A stretch of 59,747 nucleotides of DNA, filler included. It is 5 parts of 5 records of this genome, joined end to end, with 100 filler letters (N's around TTAATTAATTAA, not from the genome) between each part and the next. Parts side by side here need not be neighbours in the genome. Positions count along the whole stretch, not along the records: positions 27,373 to 47,532 come from SRR31156797_1625; 4 more parts are not named here. One strand, 5' to 3'. Below the pieces are notes generated by a model. It saw only the letters and a program-made list of their open reading frames with translations, was not told the origin of the DNA and made no database searches. Positions 31,276 to 39,482 of the stretch are shown one piece after another. Both the position numbers and the translations under genes were made by a program. Every line of letters starts with the position of its first letter. Positions within the stretch are counted from its first letter, which is position 1.

Positions 31276-34200
31276 TTAAACCATCTCATCCGCAATCATC
31301 ACTGCCTGTTTCAGCACGGTTTCGGTCGCGAGCTTCTGCATATCGGGCGGGTAGCCGTATTTGCGGAGCAGCCGTTTTACAGCCACTTTCAGTTTAGCCC
31401 GCACGCTTTCTTTTATCGTCCAATCTATGGAGGCGTTCTTTTTTACTGTTTCGGATAAAACAACTGCCAATTCCCGCAACCTGTCCTGCTGCATCAGTTC
31501 GCGTGCGCTGTCGTTGTTGGCCACGGCTGTGTAAAAGGCGTATTCATACTCCGAAAGCCCCATACTTTTAGCCTCGCTGTCTATCTCCACGATGTGCTTA
31601 CTCAGTTTTATCAGTTCATCCATCACCTCTGCTGCCGTCAGGATTTTGTTGTGATACTTCTTTATCGAGTTTTCCAGCATCTCCATCAGGCTTTTGCTTT
31701 TTACCAGATTCTTTTTTGAGCGTGACTTTATTTCATCGTTGAGCAGCTTTTTCAACACTTCCAGGGCCACATTTTTATGCTCCATCCCTTTTAGTTCAAG
31801 CAAAAATTCCTCAGACAGTATAGAAATATCTGGTTTCTTTATGCCGGCTGCATCGAATACGTCTACTACTTGTTCTGATATGAGTGCCTGGTCGATAACC
31901 TGCCGGATGGTTGTATCAATGTCCACCCCGTTTTTACCTTCGCTTGTGGCCTCAAATTTTACCAGCCTGGCTTTTACAGCCTGGAAAAACGAGACTTCCT
32001 CCTTCACATCCATGGCCTGTTCATGCGGGATGGCGATAGCAAATGCTTTTGACAGGGCTGTGACTTCGTTGATAAAACGTTTTTTGCCATCGTCGATGCT
32101 CAGTATGTGTTCCTCGGCACGAAGAATCAGGGACAACTTTTCGGATGTGCCGGCCTGGAAATAATCTTCATAAGGTAAATCATGAAATAGGTTTGAAACG
32201 ACTTCCAATTTTTCCTGCATAAGTTGTACGGCCTGCTCCTGGGCAATGGCCGGATCGCCTTTACCACCCGAATCTGAATAGAACGACAGGGCTTTTTTCA
32301 GGTCGGATGCGATGCCGAGATAGTCAACCACCAACCCGCCGGGTTTATCCTTGTAAACCCGATTTACACGCGCAATGGCCTGCATCAGGTTGTGTCCCTG
32401 CATGGGTTTGTCGATGTACATGGTGTGCAGGCACGGCACATCAAAACCTGTAAGCCACATATCCCGCACAATCACCAGTTTGAGTTCATCATCCGGGTCT
32501 TTCATTCGGTCGGCAAGGGTTTTGCGTTGCTCTTTGGTGGTGTGGTGTTTGGCAATTTTCGATCCCTCAGAGGATGAAGCGGTCATCACCACCTTTATCG
32601 CGCCTTTGTTCAGTTCATCTGAATGCCACTCTGGCCGCAGATTAATTATTTCATCGTACAGGTCAGCAGCTATCCTTCGCGACATGGCCACGATCAAACC
32701 TTTGCCTTCGAAAACCTCCTGGCGTTGCCCGAAATGTGTAATGATGTCTTTTGCAACCCGCTTAACCCGGTTTTCACTTCCAACAAGTGCTTCTAATTGT
32801 GTCCACTTTGCTTTGGCTTTCTGTGTTTGGTCTAAATCTTCGCTTTCCAACTGCTTATCCAGGTCTTCAACCAGCTTTTTGCCTTCGTCACTGAGATTAA
32901 CCTTGGCTAACCGGCTTTCGTAGTAAATGCGCACGGTGGCACCATCTTCAACAGCTTTGGCAATGTCATAGACATCGATGTAATTGCCGAAAACTGCCGG
33001 TGTGTTTACATCGGTTTTTTCGATCGGCGTACCTGTAAAACCAATAAAGGTTGCGCTGGGCAATGCATCGCGCAGATATTTAGCGAATCCATAAACGATC
33101 TTTTTCCCGATTACATCACCAGCATCATTTTTATCATCAATGGTCTTCGCTTTAAATCCATATTGCGTTCGGTGGGCTTCATCTGCTATCACAACAATGT
33201 TTTTACGATCAGACAGGGTTTCGTACACATTGCCATCATCGGGTTGAAATTTTTGGATTGTTGTAAAAACTACACCACCGGAAGCCACCCTAAGTTTTTC
33301 TTTCAGGTCTTCTCGGTTTGCTGCCTGTTTGGGCTCCTGTCGCAATAGTTGTGTGGATGATGCGAAAGTATCAAATAACTGGTCGTCCAGGTCGTTTCGG
33401 TCGGTAATCATCACGATGGTTGGGTTATCCATGGCCAAAACCAGTTTCCCGGTAAAAAACACCATCGACAGGGATTTGCCACTACCCTGTGTGTGCCATA
33501 CAACGCCTCCTTTACGATCTCCGGCAGGCTGCGCTTTTACACCTGGTAAGCCATAGTTTTTAGGCGATTCCGAAAGGTTTAGTAACGGGTTGTTATCGTG
33601 TTGTTGATAGTTACTTGCCCGCAATGCAGATTCGATGGCTCGGTTAACAGCATAATATTGGTGGTAAGCAGCCAGCTTTTTTACCGTTTTTATTGTGACC
33701 ACACCTGTTTCCAGGTCTTCGGTTTTGGATTTTTCAAAAACAATGAAATGCCTGATTAAGTCCAGGAGCGTTTTTTTATTGAGCATCCCATTGGCAACTG
33801 TTTCAAGCTGCCCGATTAAGTTTGAGGCTTCAGCCTGGCCATCAGCGGATTTCCAGGCCATGAACCGTGTTAAACCCGCCGAAATGGTACCGGCCTTTGC
33901 TTCCAGACCATCCGAAATAACCGAAAAGGCATTGAATGTAAATAGGTGCGGTATCGCTGCCTTGTAAGTATCAATCTGGTTAAATGCACTTTTGATGGTG
34001 GCCTTTTCATCCGCGGCGTTTTTCAACTCCATTACTACCAGGGGAAGGCCGTTGACAAAAAGAATAACGTCAGGTCGCTTATTTACACCCTGCTCAACCA
34101 CAGTAAATTGGTTGGCAACCACAAAATCGTTGTTATCCGGATTGTTGAAGTCGATGAGCCAAACCAGATCGCCGCGCTGGTGGCCGTCCTTTTGATAGCT

Positions 34201-34497
34201 TACCTTAATGCCTTCGGTTAGCATCCGGTGGAAGGTTTCGTTGTTGGTTAGTAATTCAGGCGAATGGATGCGGTTAACCTCCTTCAGGGCTTCTTCCAGT
34301 TGTTCACCCGGAAGGTTTGGGTTTATCCGGCTGACAGCATCCCTAAGCCGTTGGGATAGTATTACATCCTCGTAACTGCTGCGTTCGGGTTTCGGGCCAT
34401 CGTGAGCGATGTCGGGGCCGTGAATGTAGTGGTAGTCGTTATCCGTTAAGAGTTCGACAACCATTTGTTCTATATCTGATTCGATTAGCTTGTTCAT
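31276..34497 (-). CDS. hsdR: Type I restriction endonuclease subunit R
   Basis: RPDVILFVNGLPLVVMELK nuclease motif, HTQGSGKS, DEAHR, FTGTP, MWLTGFD, QAIARVNR. Confidence 0.97.
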   Translation of the reverse strand: MNKLIESDIEQMVVELLTDNDYHYIHGPDIAHDGPKPERSSYEDVILSQRLRDAVSRINPNLPGEQLEEALKEVNRIHSPELLTNNETFHRMLTEGIKVSYQKDGHQRGDLVWLIDFNNPDNNDFVVANQFTVVEQGVNKRPDVILFVNGLPLVVMELKNAADEKATIKSAFNQIDTYKAAIPHLFTFNAFSVISDGLEAKAGTISAGLTRFMAWKSADGQAEASNLIGQLETVANGMLNKKTLLDLIRHFIVFEKSKTEDLETGVVTIKTVKKLAAYHQYYAVNRAIESALRASNYQQHDNNPLLNLSESPKNYGLPGVKAQPAGDRKGGVVWHTQGSGKSLSMVFFTGKLVLAMDNPTIVMITDRNDLDDQLFDTFASSTQLLRQEPKQAANREDLKEKLRVASGGVVFTTIQKFQPDDGNVYETLSDRKNIVVIADEAHRTQYGFKAKTIDDKNDAGDVIGKKIVYGFAKYLRDALPSATFIGFTGTPIEKTDVNTPAVFGNYIDVYDIAKAVEDGATVRIYYESRLAKVNLSDEGKKLVEDLDKQLESEDLDQTQKAKAKWTQLEALVGSENRVKRVAKDIITHFGQRQEVFEGKGLIVAMSRRIAADLYDEIINLRPEWHSDELNKGAIKVVMTASSSEGSKIAKHHTTKEQRKTLADRMKDPDDELKLVIVRDMWLTGFDVPCLHTMYIDKPMQGHNLMQAIARVNRVYKDKPGGLVVDYLGIASDLKKALSFYSDSGGKGDPAIAQEQAVQLMQEKLEVVSNLFHDLPYEDYFQAGTSEKLSLILRAEEHILSIDDGKKRFINEVTALSKAFAIAIPHEQAMDVKEEVSFFQAVKARLVKFEATSEGKNGVDIDTTIRQVIDQALISEQVVDVFDAAGIKKPDISILSEEFLLELKGMEHKNVALEVLKKLLNDEIKSRSKKNLVKSKSLMEMLENSIKKYHNKILTAAEVMDELIKLSKHIVEIDSEAKSMGLSEYEYAFYTAVANNDSARELMQQDRLRELAVVLSETVKKNASIDWTIKESVRAKLKVAVKRLLRKYGYPPDMQKLATETVLKQAVMIADEMV

Positions 34498-34565
34498 GTG
34501 CTATGTACTTTGTAATAATGCAATAATAAATGTTTAATAACCTGATACAAAACAATCCATAATCA

Positions 34566-35435
34566 CTACAAAAACGACTTAATTCCGTTCCATAATGATA
34601 GTTTTTTCTGGTATGGTATAGCTGCATTTGCCGAGCTTGTTGACGGTAAACTCAATAATTTAACCCCATTGATGCTCCCGAAATGCTTTCCAAATAGCTT
34701 TGCGGCTTCTTTTCCGTTAAATGCAATGGCTTTTATGGTGTTGTTTTTTGTAATAAAGGCTTCCAGACCGTTTGGCACAGCATCTTTTATGTCTGCATCC
34801 AGGCTTCCTTCTCTAAAACACGACTGACAAACATCCCAAACAGCAATTCCACCATCAAGCAACATCTTTTTACGTTTTTCATAATTTACAGGAATCGGTT
34901 CGCCTAATAATTCTCCTATAAGTTTCCAGAATAGGTTGAGTGAATTGGCGTAGTACTGTTGCTTTTTCAGGGATTCATTACCGGGCATTGTTCCTAATAT
35001 AAGAAATTTACTTTTTTTGTCAACAATCGGGTCGAACCCAACGATTTTATTCTCAATATCGGTTGGGTCTGGTTCAACAGGATGCTGATTTTGTGAAAAA
35101 AGCCCACTACTTTTCCTTTTTGGTGGGGCCGCAAAGCCCAATTTGCCAACTTTTTTAGCCACTCTTTCTCGTTTAGGCAAACCATCCGGCTGTGCGCCGC
35201 TCCAAGAAATGTCTATCCGGTTGCCATGATGGATTGCTTTAAAGCTAATACTGTCTTTATGGCCTACCTTTTTGCCATCAAAGGTGTACGATTCGATGAA
35301 GTCCTTGCTTTCATGATCAATGTTTACAATTAGCGTGTCGCCATCAGTAACCTTCTTTGTGTCGATTTTGTAGGGTGACGATTCGGAAGCTCTGGTTTTA
35401 GTACGAATGGTTCGGTTTCTGATTATTTCTGCCAT
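34566..35435 (-). CDS. DNA-deoxyinosine glycosylase (UDG family 6-like) with an extra N-terminal domain
   Basis: C-terminal part has LILGTMPG.ESL..QQYYAN..N.FW, GIAVWDV, GSLDADI, FNGK and LPSTSSAN; the first ~125 aa are unassigned. Confidence 0.85.
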   Translation of the reverse strand: MAEIIRNRTIRTKTRASESSPYKIDTKKVTDGDTLIVNIDHESKDFIESYTFDGKKVGHKDSISFKAIHHGNRIDISWSGAQPDGLPKRERVAKKVGKLGFAAPPKRKSSGLFSQNQHPVEPDPTDIENKIVGFDPIVDKKSKFLILGTMPGNESLKKQQYYANSLNLFWKLIGELLGEPIPVNYEKRKKMLLDGGIAVWDVCQSCFREGSLDADIKDAVPNGLEAFITKNNTIKAIAFNGKEAAKLFGKHFGSINGVKLLSLPSTSSANAAIPYQKKLSLWNGIKSFL

Positions 35436-35470
35436 ATGTTTAGGAATTATTGGTTATTGATTTTTAGATT

Positions 35471-35860
35471 TTACAAGCGATGATGTTTTGCGATATCGCC
35501 AAACTGCCTACGTTTCATTATTTTGGCTTGCTCGTGTGAGTAAAATGGATCCACTTCGGCCCTGAAATCCTTTTTTTTAAACCGATCCGGGTCTTTCGCT
35601 TCAATGCGTTTGCGGTTGGTGTATTTAAACCAGGCGCATTCAAACTCTGTTACCGGTTGCGTTTCCATGTGGCTCACCTGCACAAAATGATCCTGGTCTT
35701 CGTTAAGCGGTTCAAGATCGCCGGATGTAAGGGCGCTAAACCAATGTCCCCACTTTTCGAGCAATTCGATTTCGTCTGCTGAAAAGATGGCTCTGTTGCA
35801 ATCAATAGTGAATGAGCCTTTTTTCTTGATGTGGTCCCGATGATCCTGCCTGGTGCTCAT
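35471..35860 (-). CDS. DUF413 / MaoP (YifE)-like protein
   Basis: FS..E..LLE.WG....AL..G.LEP....Q.HFV.V.....P.TE.E.AW.KY pattern recalled for DUF413. Confidence 0.72.
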   Translation of the reverse strand: MSTRQDHRDHIKKKGSFTIDCNRAIFSADEIELLEKWGHWFSALTSGDLEPLNEDQDHFVQVSHMETQPVTEFECAWFKYTNRKRIEAKDPDRFKKKDFRAEVDPFYSHEQAKIMKRRQFGDIAKHHRL

Positions 35861-35866
35861 ATTGGG

Positions 35867-36526
35867 TTATGATTTTGATGATTTTGTAAATGCGCTGTAT
35901 TTATCCAGCCACAGTTTATAAAATTTGATGCGGGTGGCCGGTAGGTGGGGATAAGGAAAAATGTTCCGTTGCAGCAGGTTTTCTGTTTTGCTGCAAAACC
36001 TGAATTGCCCGGTTCCGGATTTGGTTTTTTTATCGTAACCCCAATAATGGTTTACTTGCGCCTGATCTCCGGCCAGCAATTTAAGTACCGGCAGGCCGAG
36101 CGTAATGATCTTTGCTTTTGGATAGGTTGCAAGTTCACCGCGTAGCAGTTCCAGATTGGGCTGCAAGTGAGCTTTAAGCACGTCAAAAGTTTGTTCCGGG
36201 GGTACACTGTAAAAGTATTTAAAAACGTTTGTAGCGTAGATTTCATCAAACGGGATTTCGAGCTGTTGGCAAACTCGTTGTAGGTACTTGCGTAAGCTGC
36301 CGGGTTTATCCAGGTTGAGGGTGTATTCAATTTTGTTTCGGGTGGCTTCGTTTTGTATGGTGGGGTCTTGCCCGATGATGATCAGCGAAACTTTGTTGGT
36401 GGTGCGGTAGGGTAATACCGGAAGCAGGGAATCATCAATTGAGTTAGCCGCATCATCAGCGGTTTGTTTTAGTTTATCCCTGATTGCCAACGATTGCATA
36501 AATACATCCGTAGTTTTCATAGGCAC
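35867..36526 (-). CDS. Divergent uracil-DNA glycosylase superfamily protein
   Basis: IIIGQDP motif 1, IYATNVFK, IITLG and C-terminal FPYPH motif 2. Confidence 0.75.
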   Translation of the reverse strand: MPMKTTDVFMQSLAIRDKLKQTADDAANSIDDSLLPVLPYRTTNKVSLIIIGQDPTIQNEATRNKIEYTLNLDKPGSLRKYLQRVCQQLEIPFDEIYATNVFKYFYSVPPEQTFDVLKAHLQPNLELLRGELATYPKAKIITLGLPVLKLLAGDQAQVNHYWGYDKKTKSGTGQFRFCSKTENLLQRNIFPYPHLPATRIKFYKLWLDKYSAFTKSSKS

Positions 36527-36547
36527 TTAATCTTTTATTCTCACCTC
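36527..36547 (-). repeat. Short degenerate copy of the hsdS 3' end (copy D)
   Basis: GAG GTG AGA ATA AAA GAT TAA = EVRIKD*, 17/21 nt identical to the end of copy B; abuts the start of the UDG-like gene. Confidence 0.55.
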
Positions 36548-36578
36548 GATAAAGGGTGAATTTCTAAATCATATGTTT

Positions 36579-37001
36579 TTAATCAAATTCATCAACACTG
36601 CCCACATATTTTTCAACTCCGATTATTCTATCAATTTCCTCTTCTAAATTCATTAAAGTATCTGGCCATTCGTCGGGCTCTTGCAGATAATGATCGATGG
36701 TCCGTTTCATGCCATCCTGCATTTCCACTGTGGACACACACGAGGGCATATCGGTCATAAAAACTTCAGGTTCTTGCGCTTGCAGGGCAAAGTAAGCACA
36801 TTTCAATAGTTGTTGATTAAGTTCGGTAAGGGCTTGCTTGCTGATATACCAAATATGCCTGCCTGTTTGTTCAACAAAATAATAGCCAGTGTATGTTACT
36901 CGTCCTGAATGATGGATGCTAACCTTGTAAACAGGACATGTGCCGTAGCATGGGGTTCGTTCGAGCTTTATTGCATTAAATTTTACCGGCATTTCTATCA
37001 T
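36579..37001 (-). CDS. DUF6438-like protein
   Basis: IKLERTPCYGTCPVYKVSI...G.V.Y.G and TDMPS motifs, recalled for DUF6438. Confidence 0.72.
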   Translation of the reverse strand: MIEMPVKFNAIKLERTPCYGTCPVYKVSIHHSGRVTYTGYYFVEQTGRHIWYISKQALTELNQQLLKCAYFALQAQEPEVFMTDMPSCVSTVEMQDGMKRTIDHYLQEPDEWPDTLMNLEEEIDRIIGVEKYVGSVDEFD

Positions 37002-37021
37002 TGCAACATTGAATTACCTTA

Positions 37022-37060
37022 TTACATTTTCACCCGCACTTCGCCACTCATCAGCTTTGG
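37022..37060 (-). repeat. Copy of the hsdS 3' end (copy C)
   Basis: Translates PKLMSGEVRVKM*; 37028-37057 is a perfect 30-bp match to 38048-38077. Confidence 0.92.
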
Positions 37061-37102
37061 GAATCATCAACCTTACATTTCTACGTTGGGTGGATGTGTT
37101 AT

Positions 37103-37501
37103 TTATTTAGCATCATACTTGTTCAGAACTCTTTTTAATTCTCCAATTCTACTCATTAAATGTGTATTCCCTTTTATATATTTTTTTATTTTCTCAAAGT
37201 CATCCTTGTTTACTATTTCTTCGCCTAAGTTTGTTTTGTTGTATTCTGATTCATCCTGAAGATATGCCGATAAAGCCAAAATACATAAATCAAAACATCG
37301 GTGCAATGGCATCTCCTCGCTTTGACGGCTCCATTTTTTACCTGTATGTCTCCATATTTTAGCTGAAATATCATTATTGTTCCATTGTGCTTTTCCAATT
37401 GATAAAGCCTTGCAATCGGAATTGTTAGCATATTTACCATCGTGTTTGTCGTAATTATCTGCCACTAAAATGGGCTTGTGCAATAGATGTTTTGGATACA
37501 T
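37103..37501 (-). CDS. DUF6530-like protein
   Basis: LLHKPI...DG.YA..SD.KALSIG.AQWN...DISAKIWRHTG.KWSRQSEEMPLHR..DL; AAGGAGG RBS upstream. Confidence 0.75.
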   Translation of the reverse strand: MYPKHLLHKPILVADNYDKHDGKYANNSDCKALSIGKAQWNNNDISAKIWRHTGKKWSRQSEEMPLHRCFDLCILALSAYLQDESEYNKTNLGEEIVNKDDFEKIKKYIKGNTHLMSRIGELKRVLNKYDAK

Positions 37502-37528
37502 TTTTAATCCTCCTTTAAAATTTGAAAT

Positions 37529-37604
37529 TTAATATTTAACTCTAACCTCCCCACTCATTAGTTTCATAAGCTGTGTATCCCGCAGTTTTTCTATGGTGCG
37601 GATT
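37529..37604 (-). repeat. Diverged copy of the hsdS 3' end (copy B)
   Basis: Translates IRTIEKLRDTQLMKLMSGEVRVKY*, versus native IRTLEKLRDTLLPKLMSGEVRVKL*; in frame, with many third-position differences. Confidence 0.92.
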
Positions 37605-37624
37605 TATTTTTGATAAATTAATTC

Positions 37625-38029
37625 TCATTTGCCTTTATTTTTCGTCATGAAAACACGCACCCTGTCAAAATCCTGCCAATCTTTAGGTTTAAAATTTAAA
37701 TTTACATTCTCATCCTTATTTTGTAGATGGCGAAGCATGCTATTCTTCCATTCCTTTTTGATTTCATTGGAAAAGTACCCCTTTTTCATGTGGTACAATT
37801 GCTCATTAAATAATCCCAGTAGGTCATCTCTCAACACTTTTATGTTTGCGTTTTTTCCACATTGAAGTTCACGAACAATCCTTCGGTATTCAGCCGTGCA
37901 TTTATTCATAACAACCAGATTATTAGACTGTATGTTGATAATAAGGCTTCCTGCAGCTATTATGATTCCTATAGCCATAAATAGGTCAATTATCATATCA
38001 AATGTTACTGTAGCTTCCAATAATACCAT
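37625..38029 (-). CDS. Hypothetical protein with N-terminal membrane anchor
   Basis: 134 aa, one TM (LFMAIGIIIAAGSLII) and a helical soluble part; starts 12 nt after the hsdS stop. Confidence 0.65.
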   Translation of the reverse strand: MVLLEATVTFDMIIDLFMAIGIIIAAGSLIINIQSNNLVVMNKCTAEYRRIVRELQCGKNANIKVLRDDLLGLFNEQLYHMKKGYFSNEIKKEWKNSMLRHLQNKDENVNLNFKPKDWQDFDRVRVFMTKNKGK

Positions 38030-38041
38030 AGCTCTATTTTT

Positions 38042-39235
38042 TTATAATTTCACCCGCACTTCGCCACTCATCAGCTTGGGCAGCAGCGTATCCCGGAGCT
38101 TTTCGAGTGTGCGGATTTGGGTATTGTTCAATTCTTGTTTTTCATTGTAAGTTTTCGCTATTTCGTTGAATCGTTGAATTTTATCCATTGAAGGTAGGTT
38201 AAACTTAACCCATTCAACACCATCCTTTGATAGCATGTTAACTGTACTTCCATTTGTAGCTCCGGCTATTTGTTCATGTACATCTTTGGTTTTTAATAAA
38301 TGGAATAGGAAGTAACTTGATAACTGTGATTTGATTTTTAGGCGATAAATGTGTTGTGAAAAAATACCAAAATCACCAAATGTCTCTGGAACAATTGCAG
38401 GATAGCCGATTAATAAATGTTCATGTCCCTGTTCAGTATTGGTTATTATTACGTCACCAGGAAATACTTTATGTCTTTCTTTAAATTCTCCTTTGTAGTA
38501 TTTGATGCCAGCTTCTTTATAACCACCGCCTTCATAAATTGAATTGAGGTTGTGCATTGGCATGCCTCCATGACAGTCTGTAAGCCCACTACCCTTATAG
38601 CTAAGCCCTCTTTGAACTTCAACAAATTCATCAAGTTGATGCCATTCATTAACATTTTTCGCTTCCTCAACAAACCACTGCCTAAAAAGCGTTTCGGCCA
38701 TTTGTTCCAGGGTTTTGTTTTGGCGGTGGAGCAGGTCTATTTTGTCGTCGAGGCTGCTGAGCACGGCGGCAATGGCGCGTTGCTCGGGGAGGGAGGGGAG
38801 TATGAATTGATGCTGTTTTACCACATCAGTTTGCACTCTTTGCCTTCCTGAACTACCCGTCATTGATTTAATTGCAGAAAAGCGAATTGTTGGAGAAATT
38901 GCTAAATAATATACAAAATGCTTATCTGAAACATTCTCTTTTTCACGAAGAACGATAAATTCAGTTGAACCAAAACCGATTTCATCTTCATCTAAAATAT
39001 CTACAAATGAAGTTTTTCCGTTTTCAAGGCTTGGTGTAATACGAGCCATTAATGTATCACCATTTTTAAACTTAACTCCACCTTTGTATTCCTCTATTGA
39101 ATAACTTGGAATTCTTTTCGTAAATGGCTGAATTATTTCCATCGGGATTTTCTTTGCGATCTTTCCCTTTGGAATTCTTTCAGTAGGATTAATATCCGCA
39201 AAGTCCCCTAATTTATAACCTTTCCACTCACTCAT
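38042..39235 (-). CDS. hsdS: Type I restriction-modification specificity subunit
   Basis: Two TRDs separated by the conserved LPSLPEQRAIAAVLSSLDDKI...LFRQWF spacer; C-terminal LEKLRDTLLPKLMSGEVRV. Confidence 0.96.
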   Translation of the reverse strand: MSEWKGYKLGDFADINPTERIPKGKIAKKIPMEIIQPFTKRIPSYSIEEYKGGVKFKNGDTLMARITPSLENGKTSFVDILDEDEIGFGSTEFIVLREKENVSDKHFVYYLAISPTIRFSAIKSMTGSSGRQRVQTDVVKQHQFILPSLPEQRAIAAVLSSLDDKIDLLHRQNKTLEQMAETLFRQWFVEEAKNVNEWHQLDEFVEVQRGLSYKGSGLTDCHGGMPMHNLNSIYEGGGYKEAGIKYYKGEFKERHKVFPGDVIITNTEQGHEHLLIGYPAIVPETFGDFGIFSQHIYRLKIKSQLSSYFLFHLLKTKDVHEQIAGATNGSTVNMLSKDGVEWVKFNLPSMDKIQRFNEIAKTYNEKQELNNTQIRTLEKLRDTLLPKLMSGEVRVKL

Positions 39236-39482
39236 TAATCTCTATCCTTAGTAAATCATCGAGTGCAATACCGCCATCATAAGGCATATCGGCTGCACCT
39301 TTAAGCATTTGAATTCTGATGCCGATTCGGTCATTTTTAATTGCAGGTGTGTCATTAAAGGTAAATTCAACCCTCCCTTTATATTTAATTGGTTTTCCAT
39401 TCTCCATAATTGAAAATACAACAGAAGTATTTTTATCAATCTGGTTTTCTGTTATAAACTGCATGATTTCATTTCTATTCAT
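39228..39482 (-). CDS. Hypothetical 84-aa protein inserted between hsdM and hsdS
   Basis: Its ATG overlaps the hsdM stop and its own stop overlaps the hsdS ATG; it ends LRIEINE*, like HsdM (LKIEINE*). Confidence 0.65.
   Translation of the reverse strand: MNRNEIMQFITENQIDKNTSVVFSIMENGKPIKYKGRVEFTFNDTPAIKNDRIGIRIQMLKGAADMPYDGGIALDDLLRIEINE

Noticed and set aside
36527-38117. Cassettes as a classical integron array or an invertible hsdS shufflon
   Set aside because: No attC-type GTTRRRY/RYYYAAC palindromes or IntI were seen. The repeats are direct rather than inverted, and the units carry unrelated genes rather than spare TRDs.
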